From the NCBI GenBank assembly GCA_038202665.1, contig JBBRES010000001.1:13255-77254 (forward strand): a stretch of 64,000 nucleotides of DNA. The letters are read 5' to 3'. Within the stretch, counting starts at the first letter, position 1. Each line of letters begins with the position of its first letter. Shown in pieces: positions 35,700 to 46,280 of this stretch. A program made the translations under genes and the position numbers. The notes beneath the pieces were generated by a model. The model was not told the DNA's origin, did no database searches, and worked only from the letters and a program-made list of their open reading frames with translations. The DNA comes from Candidatus Kapaibacterium sp. Lineage in GTDB: Bacteria; Bacteroidota; Ignavibacteria; Kapaibacteriales; Kapaibacteriaceae.

Positions 35700-37022
35700 C
35701 TAAAATAACATGCCATACAGTATCACGCTCACAAGGGAGGCGATCATTGGTATGGTAACAAGCTTGATAAGGGCAGAGCTCTCTACCTCTGCCAGCGTCC
35801 CTGTAAAGAGGACGATGGCGGAAACGGGCGACATCGTTCGGCCGATGCTCGCGCCAATCGCACCAAACGAGCCAAGGATAACGGCCTGGGCCTTGTCGGT
35901 GATGGCCAGTCCTGGAAGCATGGCTTGCGAGAACGCAACGCTTGGAGCCGTGCCGCTTCCTGAGACAACGGCCAAGCCGAACGTGAGAATTGGACTCAAA
36001 ATTCCTGCAATCGCAAGGTTCTCTCGGAACACACTTGTAAGGGTAGCGATTGCGCCAACAGCCTCGAGACCCGCAATGAAGCACGATGCTGCAATGATTA
36101 GCGAGATTACCTTCGTGAATCCAAAGCCCATTCCATCGAAGAATGACGCCGTGAGATCGCTAAAGTGCGTTCGATCGACTCGCGATCCACGCATCGATGT
36201 AACTGCCATCACCAAGAAGGAACAGGCAAGCATGACGGTGCTGACGTGAAGTCCGTTGGGATACTTCTGAAACAACGCCGGAGCAAGGTTCAAACTTGGT
36301 TGCAAGAGTAGGAGGATGAGCACTGGCATGGGCACGAGCAAGGCTCGGCCAATAGATACTGGACGGTCCATTTCCGTACTGACGGCAGCAGATTCTTTGC
36401 TACTGAGATGGTCGTGCTTTTTGTACAGGATAATCGAGAGCACAATAACGCCAACGGCAAAGGAGAGAAGGTTCGGAATGGCGAGCGCGCCGAGCACATG
36501 TCCAATGTCAGCCCCAGCATTGACGTGCACCGCTACCACATCCGGCTCGCCAGGATTGAAGAGGTTCCCTCCTACGCTGCAACCAACGAGCAATGTGGCC
36601 GCTGCTGCAAGTCGAGAATGTCCGGCCGCGATTAGCAATGGCACGAGGATCGGTCCAACCGCCGCTGCCGCAGCCGTCTGACTTGTGATAGCCATGTTGG
36701 TCACAAAGCCAATGGCTGCACCTCCTGGGATCAACGCCCATTGAAGTTTGCGCAGTGGGCGCATCAGCAGCCGCACCATGTCTTGATCACAGCCTGTCTT
36801 CTTGACCACAAAGGCAAAGCCCATGGCTGAGCAGATCGGACCAATAATATCTCCTCGCCCTACCGCCTTTTGAAATGCATCAAATACAGCCCATGGTTGC
36901 CCGGCCAACGACGAGATCACAAGTCCGGCAAGGATCAAGATCAGCCTGACGTCTGCGCCACGTTTGATAAGGAGAATGGCGGCAAGGGTGATGATCCCCG
37001 CTCCGATCACGGGGTAGTTCAT
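35700..37022 (-). CDS. polytopic anion/C4-dicarboxylate-type permease (DcuC/YfcC-like, uncertain)
   Basis: 440 aa with about 12 TM segments. Confidence 0.45.
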   Translation of the reverse strand: MNYPVIGAGIITLAAILLIKRGADVRLILILAGLVISSLAGQPWAVFDAFQKAVGRGDIIGPICSAMGFAFVVKKTGCDQDMVRLLMRPLRKLQWALIPGGAAIGFVTNMAITSQTAAAAAVGPILVPLLIAAGHSRLAAAATLLVGCSVGGNLFNPGEPDVVAVHVNAGADIGHVLGALAIPNLLSFAVGVIVLSIILYKKHDHLSSKESAAVSTEMDRPVSIGRALLVPMPVLILLLLQPSLNLAPALFQKYPNGLHVSTVMLACSFLVMAVTSMRGSRVDRTHFSDLTASFFDGMGFGFTKVISLIIAASCFIAGLEAVGAIATLTSVFRENLAIAGILSPILTFGLAVVSGSGTAPSVAFSQAMLPGLAITDKAQAVILGSFGAIGASIGRTMSPVSAIVLFTGTLAEVESSALIKLVTIPMIASLVSVILYGMLF

Positions 37023-38362
37023 TCGGGCATGACAAAGTCGATGATGGAATCCACAGAATCACGAACTGCCGCTACGAGTACATCTCTATCTCCACTTGCT
37101 CCGATCACCCAATTCTTTGAATCGAAGTAGCGTTGTTGGACGTCGAACAACGATTCAACCGTGAAGCCTTGTAGTGCTGTAATGTACCGTTCATAATAGG
37201 CTTCGTCAAGTCCGTGCAGAATGCGCATCCACACCATTCCGGCCGTTTGTTGCGGCGTTTCGTTTGAACGCGCGAACTGACCGAGCATGTGCTGACGTGC
37301 ATCATTCAACTCTTCGACTCCAACGGGTTCCGTGTGCAATCTGAGTAGTTCGCTCTTGATGGTTGCAATGGTATCGGCCGTGAAGTTGTTGCCAACGCTT
37401 GTCACGATCTCGATTTGCTGACTCTGCAAACGCACGTTCGGATAGGCATACGCGCCATACGTGTATCCCTTCTGTTCTCGCAGTACAGAGAACAACCTAG
37501 CCATCGTGTACCCACCTAGGATTGACGAAAGCAATTGCAATGCGAACGCATCGGGATGCAGAAGGCCAACCATGGGCAAACCAATGCGCAACGCGCTCTG
37601 TACAGCATCATCCTTTGCGGCAATGCAAGCAGTGCGCTGCAACATGATCGGTGCAGGTCGTACAATGGCTTGACGAGAGGGTGTAGACGCCGGCAACTCC
37701 TTCGTTCGCGCGATTAATGCGGCGAGAACCGCATCGCGGTCGAAGGCGCCCGTAAGGAGTACGGTCCTGCGTGCCTGCACAAAGCGCTCATGTACATGGA
37801 GCATGCGATCGCGCGATATCGATCGGAGAGTAGAAGGACTACCTTCTCGGCCTACTGCATAGGGATGACCTGAATAGGCGATCTGTGCTTCTGCACTCAT
37901 CGCAAGCCAATCGGGATCCGACTGATTCATGGTGGCATCGGCAATGCGCACTGTGCGCTGCCGTTCGATTTCTTGCTCATCGAAGCGTGGTGTGAACGCG
38001 CTGTCGTAGACTAACTCTACAAGGTCGAGCGCATATTCTTTTAGTCCCACACCAACCACCGACGTGCTATCGCGGTCTGCGCTACTCGAGACGTTGCATC
38101 CTCGATACTCCACTTCTTCTGCGAAGGCATCGGAGGAAAGACGCGCCGTGCCTCTACTCATCATCGATGCAGCAAAGGCCGTTTCGCCAGAGATCACGTC
38201 GTCAACGCAACCCGTGTGAGCAATCACCGTGATGCTCATGAGGTCTTCGTCAGGTCGGTGGATCACATAGGCAACACTCCCATCCGGAAGTGCGACGTGC
38301 TCGGTTGGCGGGAATTGAAAATGCAGTGGTTCGGTCGAGAGCGGAGGGGTAACAAGTGACAT
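37019..38362 (-). CDS. M16-family (pitrilysin-like) peptidase, probably non-catalytic subunit
   Basis: M16 fold pattern without an obvious HxxEH motif. Confidence 0.6.
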   Translation of the reverse strand: MSLVTPPLSTEPLHFQFPPTEHVALPDGSVAYVIHRPDEDLMSITVIAHTGCVDDVISGETAFAASMMSRGTARLSSDAFAEEVEYRGCNVSSSADRDSTSVVGVGLKEYALDLVELVYDSAFTPRFDEQEIERQRTVRIADATMNQSDPDWLAMSAEAQIAYSGHPYAVGREGSPSTLRSISRDRMLHVHERFVQARRTVLLTGAFDRDAVLAALIARTKELPASTPSRQAIVRPAPIMLQRTACIAAKDDAVQSALRIGLPMVGLLHPDAFALQLLSSILGGYTMARLFSVLREQKGYTYGAYAYPNVRLQSQQIEIVTSVGNNFTADTIATIKSELLRLHTEPVGVEELNDARQHMLGQFARSNETPQQTAGMVWMRILHGLDEAYYERYITALQGFTVESLFDVQQRYFDSKNWVIGASGDRDVLVAAVRDSVDSIIDFVMPE

Positions 38363-38379
38363 GTCCGTAAATTACACCT

Positions 38380-39141
38380 ATGAAGAACACCATCGTCTTG
38401 ATTACGGGTGCATCAGCAGGGATCGGAGAAGCATGTGCTGAGATCTTCGCCGCGGCGGGAGCTCGATTGATCTTGTGGGCGCGCAGAGAGGACCGTCTGG
38501 AGGCCCTTGCCACCTCGCTCCGTGAGCGTTTTGCCGTAGAATGCCTTGCCACTGTTGTAGACGTGCGCGACGTGGCCGCGGTGAACCAAGCTATTGCCTC
38601 CCTTCCGCCTTCCTGGAACTCGATTGACGTGTTGATCAACAATGCAGGACTTTCGCGTGGTCTGGAACCTATCCACGAAGGCGTGATCGAGAATTGGGAA
38701 GAGATGATCGACACAAACATCAAGGGCCTGCTGTATGTGACGCGAGCCGTCACACCATCCATGGTCAACCGTGGAGTCGGCCATGTAATCAACGTGGCCT
38801 CGATCGCAGGCATGCAGGCCTATCGCGGAGGCAATGTGTACGGCGCAACGAAGGCGGCTGTTCGTATGCTTGGAGAGAACATGCAGGTAGACTTGAATGG
38901 GACGGGAGTGCGCGTGTGCACGGTAGACCCAGGTCTCGTGGAGACCGAGTTTTCGATGGTGCGGTTTCGCGGCGACGCAGACAGAGCCTCTACCGTCTAC
39001 AAAGGGTATCAGCCTCTTACGGCGCACGATGTGGCTGAAACCATTTTCTTCGTTGCCACACGTCCTCCACATGTAAACATTCAAAACATTCTTCTCACGC
39101 CAACGGCACAAGCCTCGGCAACGGTTGTCCATAAAACATGA
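38380..39141 (+). CDS. SDR-family NADP-dependent oxidoreductase (YdfG-like)
   Basis: TGASAGIG Rossmann motif and catalytic YxxxK. Confidence 0.8.
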   Translation: MKNTIVLITGASAGIGEACAEIFAAAGARLILWARREDRLEALATSLRERFAVECLATVVDVRDVAAVNQAIASLPPSWNSIDVLINNAGLSRGLEPIHEGVIENWEEMIDTNIKGLLYVTRAVTPSMVNRGVGHVINVASIAGMQAYRGGNVYGATKAAVRMLGENMQVDLNGTGVRVCTVDPGLVETEFSMVRFRGDADRASTVYKGYQPLTAHDVAETIFFVATRPPHVNIQNILLTPTAQASATVVHKT

Positions 39142-39410
39142 GTACTACGGTTCATTTTATAGTCGGCGGCAAGGTCCAAGGTGTTGGCTTCCGTCGGTTC
39201 GTCCTTCACGCCGCCAACAGTCTCAATCTCAAAGGCTTTGTGACGAATCTCGAAGACGGCACAATCGAATGCGTTGCGCAAGGTGATGTGTCGGGACTTA
39301 CGGAGTTTGAAACCCTTCTCCGTCAAGGTCCTCGATTCGCGCTCGTGAACTCCGTAACATGTACGGATGTTGACGGCGCCAAGCAGCACACATCCTTTCG
39401 CATAATGTAG
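39138..39410 (+). CDS. acylphosphatase
   Basis: VHFIVGGKVQGVGFR and GFVTNLEDGTIE motifs. Confidence 0.8.
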   Translation: MSTTVHFIVGGKVQGVGFRRFVLHAANSLNLKGFVTNLEDGTIECVAQGDVSGLTEFETLLRQGPRFALVNSVTCTDVDGAKQHTSFRIM

Positions 39411-39419
39411 GACACGTTC

Positions 39420-40304
39420 ATGATCATCGACAAGAATTCTGTCGTTCTCATTACCGGTGCCAGTAGTGGCATTGGAGCATCACTTGCCGTGCTTTGTGCT
39501 TTACGCGGTGCAACGGTGGCACTTGTTGCACGAAGAGCAGATAGACTTTCCGCTGTTGCAGATGCAGTGCGTGCGGCTGGTGGGGCGCCCGTTGTGATCG
39601 TTGCAGACGTAAGCAACGAAGAGGACTGCGACCGCATTGTGCGAACAACGATCGAACAGGCGGGCACCATAGACGTGCTTGTGAACAATGCTGGGCGCGG
39701 CAATTGTGCTAGTGTCGAAAACACCACCACGGAACAATTGCAAAACATAATGTCGCTAAATGTGTATGCACTTTTCTGGCTCACAGGTCGCGTCTTGCCA
39801 ATCATGAAGGCGCAGAATTCTGGCAGCATCATTACGGTGTCGAGCGTTGCGGGCAAGATGGGATTTCCGTTCAACGCGGCATACGTTGCCGCTAAGCACG
39901 CAGCAGTTGGATTCACTGCTGGACTGCGCGCAGAACTCATGGCTTCCAACATTCATGCAACGGTGGTATGTCCGGACGGAGTAACAACAGAGTGGGGCAT
40001 GGCCACTGAAGGCTCCCCTATCGGCGAGCTCTTTGTAAAAGGCATTCGGAAGTCCAAGAGATTCGCGCAGGATCTCGGACGACCCTTGCCGCCTCTCAAG
40101 CGCATGATCAGTGCGGACGATGCAGCACAGGTGATCTTCGATACCATCGAAGCAGGCAGATCGAACGACGTCTACACGCACGATGGTTCGCGCGAGCAGA
40201 CGATTGCAGTTGCGACGGATCGTATGATGCAAGAGGATGCAATGTCGCCTCTTTTCCTAGGCATGCATGAAGCTTATCAGGAGCTCACAACGCAACAAAC
40301 ATGA
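39420..40304 (+). CDS. SDR-family oxidoreductase
   Basis: ITGASSGIG motif and YVAAK catalytic dyad region. Confidence 0.8.
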   Translation: MIIDKNSVVLITGASSGIGASLAVLCALRGATVALVARRADRLSAVADAVRAAGGAPVVIVADVSNEEDCDRIVRTTIEQAGTIDVLVNNAGRGNCASVENTTTEQLQNIMSLNVYALFWLTGRVLPIMKAQNSGSIITVSSVAGKMGFPFNAAYVAAKHAAVGFTAGLRAELMASNIHATVVCPDGVTTEWGMATEGSPIGELFVKGIRKSKRFAQDLGRPLPPLKRMISADDAAQVIFDTIEAGRSNDVYTHDGSREQTIAVATDRMMQEDAMSPLFLGMHEAYQELTTQQT

Positions 40305-42697
40305 AGCGAGCCCTGTGCACCATCTACGTCCTCATGTTCGCCATTGCCGTTACGTCGATGCATGCCACTGCACCATCTACACATCCTCGGTTGGCATTAG
40401 TGTTGAGCGGCGGTGGAGCGCGTGGCATCGCACAGATTGGCGTGCTCAAGGAACTCGAACGCGCAGGAATTAAGCCGGATGTGATCATTGGTACGAGTAT
40501 TGGTGCAATTGTTGGTGGCTTGTATGCGGCAGGCTATACGCCCGAACAGCTCGACTCCATATTCACGCACACGGACTGGGATCAAATTCTCTCCCTTGGC
40601 GGTGATACAAAGCGCGAACAACTTTCTCTTTCGCAAAAACAAGAAGACGATCGCAGTCTCTTCACGTTGAGGTTTCGCAACTTCAATTTCGTGGTCCCAC
40701 AGGCCATTGGTGGCAGTGCGAAGTTCTCGGCGCTCTTGCAGAACATTCTATGGAAAGCGCCTCTCAATACGGTTAACAACTTCGATTCGCTTCGCATTCC
40801 CTTTCGTGCTATCACCACCGATCTCTCGAACGGTCAATGGCTTGCGCTCGCACGTGGCAACCTAGCAACGGCTCTTCGCGCCAGTGCAACGTTCCCGTTG
40901 CGATACGCACCGGTACGGTTTCACGATACAATTCTGGTAGATGGTGGACTTGTAGCAAACATCCCCGTTGATGCAGCACAAACGTTTCAGCCTGATGTGC
41001 TTCTCGTGATCAATACCGTGAGCGATTATCTCACGCCCGATCAGCTCACGACGCCTTGGAACGTGGCCGATCAGGCGTTGACGGCTGCTATGAAGCAACG
41101 TGATCAGGAGCACCTCGATTCAGCAGACATTGTGATCACGCCTGATGTGGGATTTCATTCCACGTTCGACTTCTCGAACATCCCTTCGCTGATTCGCGCT
41201 GGAGAGCGGGCTGCGCGAGCAATGATTCCCGCTCTGCGAGAAAAGCTCACGATGGTTCAGACGTCGACGGAGTCGGCACAGCCACCATCCGTAGAGTTCA
41301 TCTCCGTGACGGGCGTTCCAGACGTTGTCGTGAGTGTTCCAACGTCATGTACACCTGCTCAGGCACGCATTGCAATACAGGAACAATTGCATCGAAGAGG
41401 ATACCACTTCGGCTATGTGCGCAGCGAAGTATTCGACCCCGTCTTACATACGTTCACTGTTGATGTAGATGACGGTAGGATGGTGTCATTCGGTATCGAT
41501 CCGCGCCGACCCATCGATTCGGCAACAGCACGTCGCGAACTCACCTTCGACATCGGAGACCAAGTAACAACACCATTGCTTGAGCGCAGCGCATTGAATC
41601 TTCGTGCCTCGGAGATGTTTGACGACGTCGACATTACCATACGACCGAGCTCTACTGGCAGGGGAATTCATGTAGAGGTTGGTGGTGCCGACCGTGGCAA
41701 TCAGATGTTGCGCGTGGGAGCACGCGTAGACAACGAACGCTTCCTCCAAGGTGGCGCAGACCTTGTTGCAACAAACGTTGCCTTCACGGGCGTGCGCGCC
41801 GCGCTTCGCATTGCTGGCGGTGAGCGCAATGGCGAGCTTGCCCTCACTCTCGAAGTGCCCCGCTTTATGGGCTCGATGTGGACGGCAAGTATGCGCGGAT
41901 ACACGTCGTTCCGGCACGTATGGATCTATGCAGATGAAACCTCACGTCCCATCAATGAAACTGTGCGCTCAAAGGTGGACCAATTCTCCGAAGACCGGTT
42001 TGGAATTCGTGCAACGGCTGGGAAGCAGCTTGAAAAAAATGGTGTGATTCAGGCGGAGTTTCGTTATGAGCAGCAGCGCTACCGCGGCCTGAACGACAGC
42101 ATTGCGCCTGCCTTCCAGCGCCTTGCCACCATTCGCGGCCTTGTTCGTTGGGACGATCTGGACCGCCTTGTCTTTACGACAAGAGGTCGCGTGATCGATC
42201 TCTCACTTGAATCAAGTTTACTCTCGTTGTCGAACGGACTCTCGTTCACGAAGATCAACGTTCTCTATCGCGGATTTTTGAACTTCGATCCGGTGGTGAT
42301 TTCGCCAACAGTTCACTTTGGTGCGGCAGACCTCACGCTACCTCCGTCAGAGCTCTTCTCCATGGGTGGACAAGACATTTTCTTCGGAATGCGTGAAGAC
42401 GAGCAGCGAGGTCGGCAAATCGTTCGCGGCTCCATGGACGTTCGTGTGAAGTCGCCCGTCCCATTGTTTTTCGACACTTACTTCAGCGTCCGCTACGACG
42501 TGGGCGCCATCTGGACAAAACCCGAAAACATCAAATTGTCCGACATGCAGCATGGTCTTGGAATCACGCTCGGCGTCGACACGCCGGTTGGGCCCGCTGT
42601 CCTCTCGATTGGTCGTAGATTCTACTTTCTGGAGTCACCCGCGGCAATTGCGTGGGGCCCCGTACTCGGCTACTTTGCCTTTGGCATTCGCATCTAA
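40301..42697 (+). CDS. patatin-like phospholipase autotransporter (PlpD-like, type Vd secretion)
   Basis: Patatin motifs GGGARG, GTSIG and DGG. The C-terminal half is an Omp85/BamA-like POTRA plus beta-barrel ending ..FGIRI. Confidence 0.8.
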   Translation: MKRALCTIYVLMFAIAVTSMHATAPSTHPRLALVLSGGGARGIAQIGVLKELERAGIKPDVIIGTSIGAIVGGLYAAGYTPEQLDSIFTHTDWDQILSLGGDTKREQLSLSQKQEDDRSLFTLRFRNFNFVVPQAIGGSAKFSALLQNILWKAPLNTVNNFDSLRIPFRAITTDLSNGQWLALARGNLATALRASATFPLRYAPVRFHDTILVDGGLVANIPVDAAQTFQPDVLLVINTVSDYLTPDQLTTPWNVADQALTAAMKQRDQEHLDSADIVITPDVGFHSTFDFSNIPSLIRAGERAARAMIPALREKLTMVQTSTESAQPPSVEFISVTGVPDVVVSVPTSCTPAQARIAIQEQLHRRGYHFGYVRSEVFDPVLHTFTVDVDDGRMVSFGIDPRRPIDSATARRELTFDIGDQVTTPLLERSALNLRASEMFDDVDITIRPSSTGRGIHVEVGGADRGNQMLRVGARVDNERFLQGGADLVATNVAFTGVRAALRIAGGERNGELALTLEVPRFMGSMWTASMRGYTSFRHVWIYADETSRPINETVRSKVDQFSEDRFGIRATAGKQLEKNGVIQAEFRYEQQRYRGLNDSIAPAFQRLATIRGLVRWDDLDRLVFTTRGRVIDLSLESSLLSLSNGLSFTKINVLYRGFLNFDPVVISPTVHFGAADLTLPPSELFSMGGQDIFFGMREDEQRGRQIVRGSMDVRVKSPVPLFFDTYFSVRYDVGAIWTKPENIKLSDMQHGLGITLGVDTPVGPAVLSIGRRFYFLESPAAIAWGPVLGYFAFGIRI

Positions 42698-42708
42698 GGA
42701 TCCATCGC

Positions 42709-43701
42709 ATGGAAAAGAACATCTTTCAAAAGATCATAGACAAAGAGATTCCTTCCACCATCGAGTACGAAGACGATCTCGTTATCGCTGTTCGTGACAT
42801 CGCACCGTCGGCACCCGTTCACGTGCTGATTATTCCCAAGAAACACATCACCAGTGCGAATGAGATCACCGCTGATGATGCAGCCCTTGTAGGCCACGTC
42901 TTCCTTGTTGCCCAACAATTGGCCACCAGGTTGGGCATCGATCGCAGTGGCTACCGCATCGTTACCAATGTGAATGCAGACGGCGGACAAACCGTTTTTC
43001 ATCTGCACTTTCACATCCTCGGTGGCGAACCACTTGGCCGCATGAATTCTGCAAGGGCTTCGCAAGGGAAGCAAGGCGGCAGGGGCATTTTGCGCGAGGC
43101 GGGTGTGATCGTTCTCTTCGCCATCGGTCTTGCCGTGTTCTACAATGCAATGTCGCCCAAGCAACTCGAATGGATCAAGCCAGTCTATACTGCAGTCCCC
43201 ACGAACGACGATGCGATCGACCAGCTCATCGCCGTTGCTCCTGCAAGCAATCCTCCTTCAACATCAACAAGTATTACTCCGACTACGTCGGCCACCACGA
43301 CGCCCGCCGTGCCTGATCCGAAGCCGCATGCGTCTGATACGCCAAAGCCCGCTGCCGCTCCGTCGCTTACGCCTACTGAGCATGCAGACGCAACGAAGTC
43401 GCTCACACTCGCGCAATTCAAAAAACTCATGGGCAAGCCCAACGTTGTTCTCATTGATGCGCGCCTGCAAGAGAAGTACGATCAAGGTCATATTGGCAAC
43501 GCCATGAATATTTATGGCAGCGAGGTAGAGCAACACATACCAGAACTCATCGCAATTCCGCAAGACAAAATCGTTATCATCTACTGTGATGGCGGACATT
43601 GCGAACTGTCGCATCGTGTTGCCGACGTGTTCACGCGGTTCGGATATCCTAACGTTTTTGTCTTTCTTGGAGGCTGGGCAGAGTGGAACGCACAGAAGTG
43701 A
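42709..43701 (+). CDS. HIT-family hydrolase fused to a TM segment, Pro/Thr-rich linker and C-terminal rhodanese domain
   Basis: HIT motif HLHFHIL, a hydrophobic segment (VIVLFAIGLAVFY), a low-complexity PSTSTSITPTTSATTTPAVP linker and a rhodanese active site YCDGGHC. Confidence 0.7.
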   Translation: MEKNIFQKIIDKEIPSTIEYEDDLVIAVRDIAPSAPVHVLIIPKKHITSANEITADDAALVGHVFLVAQQLATRLGIDRSGYRIVTNVNADGGQTVFHLHFHILGGEPLGRMNSARASQGKQGGRGILREAGVIVLFAIGLAVFYNAMSPKQLEWIKPVYTAVPTNDDAIDQLIAVAPASNPPSTSTSITPTTSATTTPAVPDPKPHASDTPKPAAAPSLTPTEHADATKSLTLAQFKKLMGKPNVVLIDARLQEKYDQGHIGNAMNIYGSEVEQHIPELIAIPQDKIVIIYCDGGHCELSHRVADVFTRFGYPNVFVFLGGWAEWNAQK

Positions 43702-44879
43702 CATCATCTCTCGCAACGAAGCAGGTGCTTACGCAACTCGCATCACGATTTGGCCTCGTGGGCGAATCGCCCCTGATGATGCAGGCGATTTTACGGTTGC
43801 TTCAAGTGGCACCGACAGATCTGACGGTGTTGATCACAGGTGAGACCGGAACAGGCAAGGAAGTATTCGCGCACGCTGTGCACGAACTCAGTCAGCGCAA
43901 GAAGGCACCCTTCGTAGGTGTGAACTGCGCAGCCATTCCTGAGACTCTGCTGGAGAGCGAACTCTTTGGCGCAGAGAAAGGAGCTTATACTGGCTCCGTA
44001 GAACAGCGAAAGGGCTTCTTCGAAACCGCTCATAAGGGGACAATTTTTTTAGACGAGATTGGTGAGATGCCGATTGGCACACAAGTAAAACTCTTGCGCA
44101 TTCTTGAAAGCGGCGAGTTCTCTCGATTGGGCTCGTCGGGCAATCTCAAGGTAGACGTACGCGTGGTGGCAGCTACGAACAAGGATCTAGCGTATGAAGT
44201 ACGTCAAGGTCGGTTCCGACAAGACTTGTATTTCCGCCTGAACTCGGTGAACATCGTCTTGCCGCCGTTACGTCAGCATCCGGACGACATTCCACTGCTC
44301 GTTGAACACTTTGCGCATAAAGTGGCGGAGAAAAATCACATCACCTATCAAGGCATCGACGCAGATGCTGCAGCTGTGCTCGAAGCAATGCCCTGGCAAG
44401 GAAACGTACGAGAGCTGAGGAATATCGTCGAGACGATGGTGACGCTTGAGCAGGGATCTCGCATCTCTTCAGGTATGATCCAACGATACCTTCCCCAACA
44501 GCAGACGTTTGAAGAGCCACGCTCTACGCAGGCCATCGTTCGGGTGGTGGATCAAGCCTCGACGGTGCACGATCCGGATGCACAAATGATCTATCGGCTG
44601 CTGCTACAGCTCACGAACGACGTGAACGACATGAAGACGGTGCTGCGACATCTCGTGGCGATGGGCATGGAAAGTGTGACTCCATCGAGTACGGCAATTA
44701 TGAGGGCGCCACAAGATCAGCCTGTCGCCCCAGTCGAGCTTAACCTTGCCGCCATGGAACGTGGTGCCATAGAAGAAGCACTCCGTCGGTCGAAAGGTAA
44801 CCGCAGAGAGGCTGCAGACATGCTTGGGATAAGCGAACGAACGCTCTACCGAAAGATCACCGAGTATCAGCTCGACTAA
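43683..44879 (+). CDS. sigma-54-dependent transcriptional activator (AAA+ and Fis-type HTH only, no sensory domain)
   Basis: Walker A GETGTGKE, a GAYTGS variant of GAFTGA, and a C-terminal HTH (EAADMLGISERTLYRKI). The GTG start overlaps the upstream gene by 19 nt. Confidence 0.8.
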   Translation: MERTEVTSSLATKQVLTQLASRFGLVGESPLMMQAILRLLQVAPTDLTVLITGETGTGKEVFAHAVHELSQRKKAPFVGVNCAAIPETLLESELFGAEKGAYTGSVEQRKGFFETAHKGTIFLDEIGEMPIGTQVKLLRILESGEFSRLGSSGNLKVDVRVVAATNKDLAYEVRQGRFRQDLYFRLNSVNIVLPPLRQHPDDIPLLVEHFAHKVAEKNHITYQGIDADAAAVLEAMPWQGNVRELRNIVETMVTLEQGSRISSGMIQRYLPQQQTFEEPRSTQAIVRVVDQASTVHDPDAQMIYRLLLQLTNDVNDMKTVLRHLVAMGMESVTPSSTAIMRAPQDQPVAPVELNLAAMERGAIEEALRRSKGNRREAADMLGISERTLYRKITEYQLD

Positions 44880-45637
44880 GTAAGCGGGAAAATGCAAGGA
44901 CGCGATGGTGCCGCATCTCCGTCGAACGCTGGTGCGTTGAACATGAGCAAATACTCTCCGTCGGGAATCTCGTCAGCTACAAAGATCATCTCCGTGATCG
45001 TTCGTTCCGGACGTGGTGCGTGAGGCCATTGCCAAAACATTTTATGCGCCGCGAGTGCACCGGCGTCTTCTTCACGATCAACAGATGGCAGGTCGATAAG
45101 GAGATGTTGAATACCAAGCTCATGTATGTACTGCATCGCCTCTACCTCTACATATGCCGGATTATTCCCAGACCACAGACGATGCCGCTTCGACACATCA
45201 TTCGGACGTGTACGAATGATAAGAGCGGGTGTATGCTCTGTAAGCGTTGCCGTGAGATCTGCCCGCGTCACGAGAAGATCTCCCGACGTTTGTTCTCGCA
45301 GTGGAACCGAGATCACGCGCGCCTGTATGAACAGATCGCGTAGGCAATCCTTCAGAACGTAGTTCTTCCCGGCAACATGTCCGATGCACTCCGTATGCGT
45401 CCCATTGCCATGCGGCGCTATCGTCACTACGTCGCATCGAACAGGTCCGCCCTCTTCAATACTCCCTACAAATGTCCCCGCACGAAATGGTTCGAAGCGT
45501 GCATTCGGCAAATGAAACGCATTGGGAAACTCGATATCCGAGATAGCGATCGAAAGATCGTAGAACACGGTGTTGTTCCACGTTGCCGCTTTTCCGTTGA
45601 TGGTCACTGTATGGTTCATGCTCACAAAAATGCGCAA
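44876..45637 (-). CDS. cyclase-family protein (kynurenine formamidase-like)
   Basis: 253 aa with weak recall of the PF04199-type pattern. Confidence 0.4.
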   Translation of the reverse strand: MRIFVSMNHTVTINGKAATWNNTVFYDLSIAISDIEFPNAFHLPNARFEPFRAGTFVGSIEEGGPVRCDVVTIAPHGNGTHTECIGHVAGKNYVLKDCLRDLFIQARVISVPLREQTSGDLLVTRADLTATLTEHTPALIIRTRPNDVSKRHRLWSGNNPAYVEVEAMQYIHELGIQHLLIDLPSVDREEDAGALAAHKMFWQWPHAPRPERTITEMIFVADEIPDGEYLLMFNAPAFDGDAAPSRPCIFPLT

Positions 45638-45793
45638 ATCGAATCATGAGAACGTTCCTCCATTTTTGCTTTCCGGTGCGCTTTGGCAGCTCCCTTAACC
45701 GGAACGTGTCACGATACACCTTCGTAGCGGAACAAGTAGTGTGTTGCGCATGAGTTCGCAATTCCTATTTTCGTTCACCATAATCAGGTAGGT

Positions 45794-46213
45794 GTGGGTA
45801 TGTCTCGAACCTTGAACAAGGTCATGCTGATCGGTAACGTCGGCAAGGATCCAGAAGTGAACTTCACGCCAAGCGGTGTGAAGGTGGCGCAGTTCCGTCT
45901 AGCCACGTCGGAAACGTGGAAGGACAAAGAAGGGTCGCTGCAAGAACATACCGATTGGCATACGGTGATTGCGTGGCGCGGATTGGCTGACGTGGTCGAA
46001 AAACTTGTACGACGCGGAACGCGCGTCTATGTAGAAGGCAAGATTCAATCACGCACGTTTGAAGACCGAGAAGGCAATAAACGATACGTCACAGAGATTG
46101 TGGCCGACAACTTGCTCCTCTTGGATGCGAAGCGTACAGACCAGCCGGGCGGACACGCCGACACGGAACATGTCGAAACCATATCGAACAACTCCGACGA
46201 AATCCCCTTCTAA
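45794..46213 (+). CDS. ssb: single-stranded DNA-binding protein
   Basis: OB-fold pattern (MLIGNVGKDPE...TDWHTVIAWR...VYVEGKIQSRTFEDREG) and an acidic tail ending DEIPF. Confidence 0.85.
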   Translation: MGMSRTLNKVMLIGNVGKDPEVNFTPSGVKVAQFRLATSETWKDKEGSLQEHTDWHTVIAWRGLADVVEKLVRRGTRVYVEGKIQSRTFEDREGNKRYVTEIVADNLLLLDAKRTDQPGGHADTEHVETISNNSDEIPF

Positions 46214-46242
46214 GGGGTCATTCTGCCATGAACTCCATTGAA

Positions 46243-46274
46243 AGGGCGCCCGTCAAGGCGCCCTTTCTTATTTT
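46243..46274 (+). terminator. Rho-independent terminator after ssb
   Basis: AGGGCGCC-cgtcaa-GGCGCCCT hairpin followed by TTTCTTATTTT. Confidence 0.7.
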
Positions 46275-46280
46275 GCGGAC

